Positions 1 to 11,600 of a stretch of DNA of 64,000 bases are shown here, in pieces. The position numbers and the translations under genes were made by a program. Source of the DNA: the human T2T-CHM13v2.0 reference genome, Homo sapiens; assembly GCF_009914755.1 (NCBI RefSeq), contig NC_060948.1. One strand, given 5' to 3'. Within the stretch, counting starts at the first letter, position 1. Each line of letters starts with the position of its first letter. The notes under the pieces were generated by a model. It did not search any database. It was not told the origin of the DNA and worked only from the letters and a program-made list of their open reading frames with translations.

Positions 1-325
1 GAATGGAATGGAATGGAATGGAATGGAATGGAATGCCCTTGAATTAAATGGACTGGAATGGAATGGACTCGAACAGAGTGGAATGGAAAGTGTTGAGATA
101 GAATGGAATGGACTCCTTTGGAATGGTGTAGTATGCAATGCAATCGACTGGCAGGGAATCAAAAGGAATGTAATGGAATGGATTGGACTGGAATGCAATG
201 GACTCGAATAGATTGGAAACGGAATGCAAAGGAATGGAATGGAATAGTATGGAATGGAATGGAAAGGAATGGAGTGGAATAGACTAGAGTGGAATGGAAT
301 GGACTGGAAAGCAATGGACTGGAAT

Positions 326-340
326 GGAACTTTCTTGAAT
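326..340. promoter_or_regulatory. Heat-shock element motif, site 1 (gGAActTTCttGAAt); U1 copy, repeated per unit
   Basis: Exact nGAAnnTTCnnGAAn match. Intact in 17 of 19 copies by eye (lost at ~55838 and ~62957). Motif only; binding is not shown by the sequence. Confidence 0.6.
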
Positions 341-1800
341 GGACTGGAATCAAACGGAATGGAATGCAATGCAATCAAATGGCATGGAATAAAATAGAAT
401 GAAAGAGAATCAAATGGAATTGAATCGAATGGAATCGAATGGATTGGAAAGGAATAGAATGGAATGGAATGGAATGGACTCAAATGGAATGGACTAGAAT
501 GGAATGGATTCGAATGGAAGGCAAAGGAATGGAATCTATTGGAATGGACTGTAATTGAATGGAATGGAAGGGATTGGAATGGACTCGAATAGAATGGACT
601 GCAATAGAAAGGATTCGAATGGAATGAAAAAGAATTGAATGGAATAGAACAGAATGGAATCAAATCGAATGAAATGGAATGGAATAGAAAGGAATGGAAT
701 GAAATGGAATGGAAAGGATTCGAATGGAATGCAATCGAATGGAATGGAATCGAACGGAATGGAATAAAATGGAAGAAAACTGGCAAGAAATGGAATCGAA
801 ATGAATGGAGTGTTATGGAACGGACTCAAAAGGAATTGAATGTAATAGAATGGAGTGGAGTGGACTCGAATATAATGGACTGGAATGGAATGAAATCACA
901 TGGAATGGGAACGAATGGAATGGAATGGAAAGGAATGGAATCGAATGGAAAGGAATCGAATGGAAGGGAATGAAATTGAATCAACAGGAATGGAAGGGAA
1001 TAGAATAGACGGTAATGGAATGGACTCGAATAGAATGGACACGAATGCTCAAATTGAATGGACTCGAATGGAATGGAAACGAAAGGAATGTCATCGAATG
1101 GAATTGAATCGATTGGAATGAAATCGCATAGAATGGAGTGGAATCAAATGGAATTGAATCGAAAGGAAAGGAAGCGAATGGACTGAAATGAAATGGAATG
1201 GAATTGAATGGAAAGTAATGCAATGGAATAGAATGGAACGAAATTTCACGGAATGGAATCAAACTGAATGGAATCAAATCAATGGAATCAAATCAAATGG
1301 AACGGAAAGGAATTGAATGGAGTAGATTGGATTGGATGGGATTGGAATGAAATGTACTGGAAAGGACTCGAATTTCATGAAACGGAATGGAATGAATTGG
1401 AACGGAATGGACTCGAATGGAATGGAATGTCATGGAATGGCATCAAATGGAATGGCATCAAATGGAATGGAATCGAATGCAATGGAATGCTATGGAATGG
1501 AATGGAATGCATTGGAATGGAATGTCCTCTAATGGAATGGATTCGAGTGGAATGGAATCGAATATAATGGAGTCGAATGAAATGGAATTGAAAGGAATGG
1601 GATCGAATACAATGGAATATACTGGAATGTAATGTAATGAACTCGAATGTAATTGACTGGAATGGAATGTACATGAATGGAAGGTAATCGAATGGAAAGT
1701 AATCCAATGGAATAGAATCTAATGCAATAAAACCGACTCAGATAGAGTAGAATGTAATGGAATGGAGTGCAGTGCAATGGAATGGAATGGAATTGAATGC

Positions 1801-1855
1801 AATGGAATGGAATGGAATGGAATGGAATGGAATGGAATGGAATGGAATGGAATGG
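1801..1855. repeat. Pure (AATGG)n microsatellite tract inside each unit (n=11 in U1), length-variable
   Basis: Lies between GAATGC and GATGGAATGGTATGG; about 6 to 13 pentamers across units. Confidence 0.9.
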
Positions 1856-2593
1856 GATGGAATGGTATGGAATGGATAGTAATGGACTGGAGTGAAATGG
1901 ACTGGAAAGGAATGGACTCAAATTGAAAGGGCTCGAAAGGAATGGAGTCAAATGGAATGGTCTGGAATGGAATGAACACGAATGTAATGCAATCCAATAG
2001 AATGGAATCGAATGGCATGGAATATAAAGAAATGGATTCGAAGAGAATGGAAACAAATGGAATGGAATTGAATGGAATGGAATTGAATGGAATGGGAACG
2101 AATGGAGTGAAATTGTATGCAGTAGAAGGGAATAGAAAGGAATGCAAGCGAAAGGAAAGGAATGGATTGGAATGGAATGGAATTCATTGGAATGGAAGGG
2201 AATGTAGTGTAATGGACAGGCCTGGAATAAAGTGGAATGCTACGGTCTCGAATGGAATAAAAATGTATGGAATGGAATGCAATGAAATGGAATCGAATGT
2301 CATAGAATGTAATGGAATGCAACAAAATGGAATCCAATATCATTGACTGGAAAGGCTGGGTGTCGAAAGGAATTGACTCCAATGGAATGGAATCGAATGG
2401 AATGGAAGTGAATAGAATCGAACTAAATCGAATGGAATGGAATTGATAGGAACGGAATGGAAAGGAATGCAATGATTTGGCATGGAATGGAATCGAATGG
2501 CATCGAATGGAATGGAATGGAATGCAATGGAATGGAATGTATTAGAATGGAATGAACTTTAATGGAATGTACTCGAATGGATTCGACTGGAAT

Positions 2594-2608
2594 GGAATGT
2601 TCTGGAAG
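2594..2608. promoter_or_regulatory. Heat-shock element motif, site 2 (gGAAtgTTCtgGAAg); U1 copy, repeated per unit
   Basis: Exact nGAAnnTTCnnGAAn match. Intact in 12 of 18 copies; TTC>TTG in U7, U9, U10, U12, U15, U17. Confidence 0.6.
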
Positions 2609-2873
2609 TGAATGGACTCCAATGGAATGGATTCAAAAGGAATGGAATCGTACGGAATGGAATCTAATGGAATGGAATTAAATGGAAATGAATCAAATTG
2701 AATAGCACGGAATTGAATTGAATGGAATGGAATGCAATGGAATCTAATGAAACGGAAAGGAAAGGAATGGAATGGAATGGAATGGGCTGGAATGGAAAGG
2801 AATCGAAACGAATGGAATGGAATCGAACTGAAGAGACTGGAATGGAATGCACTGGAATGGAAGGGAGTGTAAT

Positions 2874-2888
2874 GGAAGGTTCTCGAAA
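2874..2888. promoter_or_regulatory. Heat-shock element motif, site 3 (gGAAggTTCtcGAAa); U1 copy, repeated per unit
   Basis: Exact nGAAnnTTCnnGAAn match; intact in all 18 copies by eye. Confidence 0.62.
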
Positions 2889-3608
2889 AAAATGGAATCG
2901 AATGGAATGGAATTGAATGGAACGGAATAGAGTCGAATGGAATTGAATGGAATGGAATGGACTAGAGTGAAATGGAATCGAACCACAAGGAATGGAGAGG
3001 AATAGAATGGTCTCGAATTGAATGGAATCGTATGGAATGGCATCAAACGGAATGGAATGGACAGCCACGGAATGGAATGCACTCGAATGCAATGGAGTCG
3101 AAACTAATGGACTGGAATAGAATGGACTCGACTGGTACGGACTCCAATGGAATGGAATCGAATGGAAGGGAATCGAACGGAATGGACTCGAAGGGAAAAG
3201 ACTGCAATGGAAAGGTCTCGAATGGAATGGAAATTAATGGAATGGAATGGAATCGAATGAAATGGAGTCAAAAGGAATGGAATCGAATGGCAAGAAATCG
3301 AATGTAATGGAATCGCAAGGAATTGATGTGAACGGAACGGAATGGAATGGAATCCAAAGGAATGGAATAGAATGGAATGGAATCGAATGGAAAGGACTAG
3401 AATGGAAATCACTCGAATAGAATGCAATTTAATAAAATAGGATCAAATGTAATGGAATGGAATGGAAAGGAATCGAAACGAAAGGAATGGAGACAGATGG
3501 AATGGAATGGAACAGAGAGCAATGGTATAGAATGGAATGGAATCATCTGGAATGGAATTGAATGGAATGGAATAATATGAAATGGAATGGAATAGAATGG
3601 AATGGAAT

Positions 3609-5684
3609 GCCCTTGAATTAAATGGACTGGAATGGAATGGACTCGAACAGAGTGGAATGGAAAGTGTTGAGATAGAATGGAATGGACTCCTTTGGAATGG
3701 TCTAGTATGCAATGCAATCGACTGGCAGGGAATCAAAAGGAATGTAATGGAATGTTTTGGACTGGAATGCAATGGACAGGAATAGATTGGAAACGGAATG
3801 CAAAGGAATGGAATGGAATAGTATGGAATGGAATGGAAAGGAATGGAGTGGAATAGACTAGAGTGGAATGCAATTGACTGGAAAGCAATGGACTGGAATG
3901 GAACTTTCTTGAATGGACTGGAATCAAACGGAATGGAATGCAATGCAATCAAATGGCATGGAATAAAATAGAATGAAAGAGAATCAAATGGAATTGAATC
4001 GAATGGAATCGAATGGATTGGAAAGGAATAGAATGGAATGGAATGGAATTCACTCAAATGGAATGGACTAGAATGGAATGGATTCGAATGGAAGGCAAAG
4101 GAATGGAATCTATTGGAATGGACTGTAATGGAATGGAATGGAATTGAATGGAATGGGAACGAATGGAGTGAAATTGTATGCAGTAGAAGGGAATAGAATG
4201 GAATGCAAGCAAAAGGAAAGGAATGGATTGGAATGGAATGGAATTCATTGGAATGGAAGGGAATGTAGTGTAATGGACAGGCCTGGAATAAAGTGGAATG
4301 CTACGGTCTCGAATGGAATAAAAATGTATGGAATGGAATGCAATGAAATGGAATCGAATGTCATAGAATGTAATGGAATGCAACAAAATGGAATCCAATA
4401 TCATTGACTGGAAAGGCTGGGTGTCGAAAGGAATTGACTCCAATGGAATGGAATCGAATGGAATGGAAGTGAATAGAATCGAACTAAATCGAATGGAATG
4501 GAATTGATAGGAACGGAATGGAAAGGAATGCAATGATTTGGCATGGAATGGAATCGAATGGCATCGAATGGAATGGAATGGAATGCAATGGAATGGAATG
4601 TATTAGAATGTAATGAACTTTAATGGAATGTACTCGAATGGATTCGACTGGAATGGAATGTTCTGGAAGTGAATGGACTCCAATGGAATGGATTCAAAAG
4701 GAATGGAATCGTACGGAATGGAATCTAATGGAATGGAATTAAATGGAAATGAATCAAATTGAATAGCACGGAATTGAATTGAATGGAATGGAATGCAATG
4801 GAATCTAATGAAACGGAAAGGAAAGGAATGGAATGGAATGGAATGGGCTGGAATGGAAAGGAATCGAAACGAATGGAATGGAATCGAACTGAAGAGACTG
4901 GAATGGAATGCACTGGAATGGAAGGGAGTGTAATGGAAGGTTCTCGAAAAAAATGGAATGGAATGGAATGGAATTGAATGGAACGGAATAGAGTCGAATG
5001 GAATTGAATGGAATGGAATGGACTAGAGTGAAATGGAATCGAACCACAAGGAATGGACAGGAATAGAATGGTCTCGAATTGAATGGAATCGTATGGAATG
5101 GCATCAAACGGAATGGAATGGACAGCCACGGAATGGAATGCACTCGAATGCAATGGAGTCGAAACTAATGGACTGGAATAGAATGGACTTGACTGGTACG
5201 GACTCCAATGGAATGGAATCGAATGGAAGGGAATCGAACGGAATGGACTCGAAGGGAAAAGACTGCAATGGAAAGGTCTCGAATGGAATGGAAATTAATG
5301 GAATGGAATGGAATCGAATGAAATGGAGTCAAAAGGAATGGAATCGAATGGCAAGAAATCGAATGTAATGGAATCGCAAGGAATTGATGTGAACGGAACG
5401 GAATGGAATGGAATCCAAAGGAATGGAATAGAATGGAATGGAATCGAATGGAAAGGACTCGAATGGCAATCACTCGAATAGAATGCAATTTAATAAAATA
5501 GGATCAAATGTAATGGAATGGAATGGAAAGGAATCGAAACGAAAGGAATGGAGACAGATGGAATGGAATGGAACAGAGAGCAATGGTATAGAATGGAATG
5601 GAATCATCTGGAATGGAATTGAATGGAATGGAATAATATGAAATGGAATGGAATGGAATGGAATGGAATGGAATGGAATGGAAT
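3609..5684. repeat. DYZ1 unit U2, internally deleted (2076 bp)
   Basis: Offset to U1 is 3574 up to ~4130 and 2061 afterwards (GGGAACG 2094 vs 4155; HaeIII 2219 vs 4280), so 1513 bp are missing. There is also +15 bp in the terminal AATGG run (5642-5681). Confidence 0.93.
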
Positions 5685-8600
5685 GCCCTTGAATTAAATG
5701 GACTGGAATGGAATGGACTCGAACAGAGTGGAATGGAAAGTGTTGAGATAGAATGGAATGGACTCCTTTGGAATGGTCTAGTATGCAATGCAATCGACTG
5801 GCAGGGAATCAAAAGGAATGTAATCGAATGGATTGGACTGGAATGCAATGGACTCGAATAGATTGGAAACGGAATGCAAAGGAATGGAATGGAATAGTAT
5901 GGAATGGAATGGAAAGGAATGGAGTGGAATAGACTAGAGTGGAATGGAATGGACTTGAAAGCAATGGACTGGAATGGAACTTTCTTGAATGGACTGGAAT
6001 CAAACGGAATGGAATGCAATGCAATCAAATGGCATGGAATAAAATAGAATGAAAGAGAATCAAATGGAATTGAATCGAATGGAATCGAATGGATTGGAAA
6101 GGAATAGAATGGAATGGAATGGAATGGACTCAAATGGAATGGACTAGAATGGAATGGATTCGAATGGAAGGCAAAGGAATGGAATCTATTGGAATGGACT
6201 GTAATTGAATGGAATGGAAGGGATTGGAATGGACTCGAATAGAATGGACTGCAATAGAAAGGATTCGAATGGAATGAAAAAGAATTGAATGGAATAGAAC
6301 AGAATGGAATCAAATCGAATGAAATGGAATGGAATAGAAAGGAATGGAATGAAATGGAATGGAAAGGATTCGAATGGAATGCAATCGAATGGAATGGAAT
6401 CGAACGGAATGGAATAAAATGGAAGAAAACTGGCAAGAAATGGAATCGAAATGAATGGAGTGTTATGGAACGGACTCAAAAGGAATTGAATGTAATAGAA
6501 TGGAGTGGAGTGGACTCGAATATAATGGACTGGAATGGAATGAAATCACATGGAATGGGAACGAATGGAATGGAATGGAAAGGAATGGAATCGAATGGAA
6601 AGGAATCGAATGGAAGGGAATGAAATTGAATCAACAGGAATGGAAGGGAATAGAATAGACGGTAATGGAATGGACTCGAATAGAATGGACACGAATGCTC
6701 AAATTGAATGGACTCGAATGGAATGGAAACGAAAGGAATGTCATCGAATGGAATTGAATCGATTGGAATGAAATCGCATAGAATGGAGTGGAATCAAATG
6801 GAATTGAATCGAAAGGAAAGGAAGCGAATGGACTGAAATGAAATGGAATGGAATTGAATGGAAAGTAATGCAATGGAATAGAATGGAACGAAATTTCACG
6901 GAATGGAATCAAACTGAATGGAATCAAATCAATGGAATCTAATCAAATGGAATGGAAAGGAATTGAATGGAGTAGATTGGATTGGATGGGATTGGAATGA
7001 AATGTACTGGAAAGGACTCGAATTTCATGAAACGGAATGGAATGAATTGGAACGGAATGGACTCGAATGGAATGGAATGTCATGGAATGGCATCAAATGG
7101 AATGGCATCAAATGGAATGGAATCAAATGCAATGGAATGCTATGGAATGGAATGGAATGCATTGGAATGGAATGTCCTCTAATGGAATGGATTCGAGTGG
7201 AATGGAATCGAATATAATGGAGTCGAATGAAATGGAATTGAAAGGAATGGGATCGAATACAATGGAATATACTGGAATGTAATGTAATGAACTCGAATGT
7301 AATTGACTGGAATGGAATGTACATGAATGGAAGGTAATCGAATGGAAAGTAATCCAATGGAATAGAATCTAATGCAATAAAACCGACTCAGATAGAGTAG
7401 AATGTAATGGAATGGAGTGCAGTGCAATGGAATGGAATGGAATTGAATGCAATGGAATGGAATGGAATGGAATGGAATGGAATGGAATGGAATGGAATGG
7501 AATGGAATGGAATGGGATGGAATGGTATGGAATGGATAGAAATGGACTGGAGTGAAATGGACTGGAAAGGAATGGACTCAAATTGAAAGGGCTCGAAAGG
7601 AATGGAGTCAAATGGAATGGTCTGGAATGGAATGAACACGAATGTAATGCAATCCAATAGAATGGAATCGAATGGCATGGAATATAAAGAAATGGATTCG
7701 AAGAGAATGGAAACAAATGGAATGGAATTGAATGGAATGGAATTGAATGGAATGGGAACGAATGGAGTGAAATTGTATGCAGTAGAAGGGAATAGAAAGG
7801 AATGCAAGCGAAAGGAAAGGAATGGATTGGAATGGAATGGAATTCATTGGAATGGAAGGGAATGTAGTGTAATGGACAGGCCTGGAATAAAGTGGAATGC
7901 TACGGTCTCGAATGGAATAAAAATGTATGGAATGGAATGCAATGAAATGGAATCGAATGTCATAGAATGTAATGGAATGCAACAAAATGGAATCCAATAT
8001 CATTGACTGGAAAGGCTGGGTGTCGAAAGGAATTGACTCCAATGGAATGGAATCGAATGGAATGGAAGTGAATAGAATCGAACTAAATCGAATGGAATGG
8101 AATTGATAGGAACGGAATGGAAAGGAATGCAATGATTTGGCATGGAATGGAATCGAATGGCATCGAATGGAATGGAATGGAATGCAATGGAATGGAATGA
8201 ACTTTAATGGAATGTACTCGAATGGATTCGACTGGAATGGAATGTTCTGGAAGTGAATGGACTCCAATGGAATGGATTCAAAAGGAATGGAATCGTACGG
8301 AATGGAATCTAATGGAATGGAATTAAATGGAAATGAATCAAATTGAATAGCACGGAATTGAATTGAATGGAATGGAATGCAATGGAATCTAATGAAACGG
8401 AAAGGAAAGGAATGGAATGGAATGGAATGGGCTGGAATGGAAAGGAATCGAAACGAATGGAATGGAATCGAACTGAAGAGACTGGAATGGAATGCACTGG
8501 AATGGAAGGGAGTGTAATGGAAGGTTCTCGAAAAAAATGGAATCGAATGGAATGGAATTGAATGGAACGGAATAGAGTCGAATGGAATTGAATGGAATGG

Positions 8601-11600
8601 AATGGACTAGAGTGAAATGGAATCGAACCACAAGGAATGGAGAGGAATAGAATGGTCTCGAATTGAATGGAATCGTATGGAATGGCATCAAACGGAATGG
8701 AATGGACAGCCACGGAATGGAATGCACTCGAATGCAATGGAGTCGAAACTAATGGACTGGAATAGAATGGACTCGACTGGTACGGACTCCAATGGAATGG
8801 AATCGAATGGAAGGGAATCGAACGGAATGGACTCGAAGGGAAAAGACTGCAATGGAAAGGTCTCGAATGGAATGGAAATTAATGGAATGGAATGGAATCG
8901 AATGAAATGGAGTCAAAAGGAATGGAATCGAATGGCAAGAAATCGAATGTAATGGAATCGCAAGGAATTGATGTGAACGGAACGGAATGGAATGGAATCC
9001 AAAGGAATGGAATAGAATGGAATGGAATCGAATGGAAAGGACTCGAATGGAAATCACTCGAATAGAATGCAATTTAATAAAATAGGATCAAATGTAATGG
9101 AATGGAATGGAAAGGAATCGAAACGAAAGGAATGGAGACAGATGGAATGGAATAGAACAGAGAGCAATGGTATAGAATGGAATGGAATCATCTGGAATGG
9201 AATTGAATGGAATGGAATAATATGAAATGGAATGGAATGGAATGGAATGGAATGCCCTTGAATTAAATGGACTGGAATGGAATGGACTCGAACAGAGTGG
9301 AATGGAAAGTGTTGAGATAGAATGGAATGGACTCCTTTGGAATGGTCTAGTATGCAATGCAATCGACTGGCAGGGAATCAAAAGGAATGTAATCGAATGG
9401 ATTGGACTGGAATGCAATGGACTCGAATAGATTGCAAACGGGATGCAAAGGAATGGAATGGAATAGTATGGAATGGAATGGAAAGGAATGGAGTGGAATA
9501 GACTAGAGTGGAATGGAATGGACTGGAAAGCAATGGACTGGAATGGAACTTTCTTGAATGGACTGGAATCAAACGGAATGGAATGCAATGCAATCAAATG
9601 GCATGGAATAAAATAGAATGAAAGAGAATCAAATGGAATTGAATCGAATGGAATCGAATGGATTGGAAAGGAATAGAATGGAATGGAATGGAATGGACTC
9701 AAATGGAATGGACTAGAATGGAATGGATTCGAATGGAAGGCAAAGGAATGGAATCTATTGGAATGGACTGTAATGGAATGGAATGGAAGGGATTGGAATG
9801 GACTCGAATGGAATGGACTGCAATAGAAAGGATTCGAATGGAATGAAAAAGAATTGAATGGAATAGAACAGAATGGAATCAAATCGAATGAAATGGAATG
9901 GAATAGAAAGGAATGGAATGAAATGGAATGGAAAGGATTCGAATGGAATGCAATCGAATGGAATGGAATCGAACGGAATGGAATAAAATGGAAGAAAACT
10001 GGCAAGAAATGGAATCGAAATGAATGGAGTGTTATGGAACGGACTCAAAAGGAATTGAATGTAATAGAATGGAGTGGAGTGGACTCGAATATAATGGACT
10101 GGAATGGAATGAAATCACATGGAATGGGAACGAATGGAATGGAATGGAAAGGAATGGAATCGAATGGAAAGGAATCGAATGGAAGGGAATGAAATTGAAT
10201 CAACAGGAATGGAAGGGAATAGAATAGACGGTAATGGAATGGACTCGAATAGAATGGACACGAATGCTCAAATTGAATGGACTCGAATGGAATGGAAACG
10301 AAAGGAATGTCATCGAATGGAATTGAATCGATTGGAATGAAATCGCATAGAATGGAGTGGAATCAAATGGAATTGAATCGAAAGGAAAGGAAGCGAATGG
10401 ACTGAAATGAAATGGAATGGAATTGAATGGAAAGTAATGTAATGGAATAGAATGGAATGAAATTTCACGGAATGGAATCAAACTGAATGGAATCAAATCA
10501 ATGGAATCAAATCAAATGGAATGGAAAGGAATTGAATGGAGTAGATTGGATTCGATGGGATTGGAATGAAATGTACTGGAAAGGACTCGAATTTCATGAA
10601 ACGGAATGGAATGAATTGGAACGGAATGGACTCGAATGGAATGGAATGTCATGGAATGGCATCAAATGGAATGGCATCAAATGGAATGGAATCAAATGCA
10701 ATGGAATGCTATGGAATGGAATGGAATGCATTGGAATGGAATGTCCTCTAATGGAATGGATTCGAGTGGAATGGAATCGAATATAATGGAGTCGAATGAA
10801 ATGGAATTGAAAGGAATGGGATCGAATACAATGGAATATACTGGAATGTAATGTAATGAACTCGAATGTAATTGACTGGAATGGAATGTACATGAATGGA
10901 AGGTAATCGAATGGAAAGTAATCCAATGGAATAGAATCTAATGCAATAAAACCGACTCAGATAGAGTAGAATGTAATGGAATGGAGTGCAGTGCAATGGA
11001 ATGGAATGGAATTGAATGCAATGGAATGGAATGGAATGGAATGGAATGGAATGGAATGGAATGGAATGGAATGGGATGGAATGGTATGGAATGGATAGAA
11101 ATGGACTGGAGTGAAATGGACTGGAAAGGAATGGACTCAAATTGAAAGGGCTCGAAAGGAATGGAGTCAAATGGAATGGTCTGGAATGGAATGAACACGA
11201 ATGTAATGCAATCCAATAGAATGGAATCGAATGGCATGGAATATAAAGAAATGGATTCGAAGAGAATGGAAACAAATGGAATGGAATTGAATGGAATGGA
11301 ATTGAATGGAATGGGAACGAATGGAGTGAAATTGTATGCAGTAGAAGGGAATAGAAAGGAATGCAAGCGAAAGGAAAGGAATGGATTGGAATGGAATGGA
11401 ATTCATTGGAATGGAAGGGAATGTAGTGTAATGGACAGGCCTGGAATAAAGTGGAATGCTACGGTCTCGAATGGAATAAAAATGTATGGAATGGAATGCA
11501 ATGAAATGGAATCGAATGTCATAGAATGTAATGGAATGCAACAAAATGGAATCCAATATCATTGACTGGAAAGGCTGGGTGTCGAAAGGAATTGACTCCA

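Larger units (their letters stand above)
35..3608. repeat. DYZ1 unit U1 (3574 bp, used as local reference)
   Basis: Anchor GCCCTTGAATTAAATGG at 35 and again at 3609. Confidence 0.93.

Noticed and set aside
1370-1382. GAATTTCATGAA and GAAATTTCACGGA (~1240-1252) as extra HSEs
   Set aside because: Only two correctly spaced inverted units are present (wrong spacing or GGA in the third), so they were not counted as perfect sites.
1726-3437. AATAAA hexamers (e.g. 1726, 2226, 3431) as polyadenylation signals
   Set aside because: They are simple substitution derivatives of AATGGA, with no downstream GU/U-rich element evident. Transcript 3'-end data would be needed.
6934-6946. GAATCTAATCA resembling the DUX4 motif TAATCTAATCA in some units
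   Set aside because: It mismatches at the first conserved T and is easily produced by chance from AATC-rich pentamers; there is no other support.
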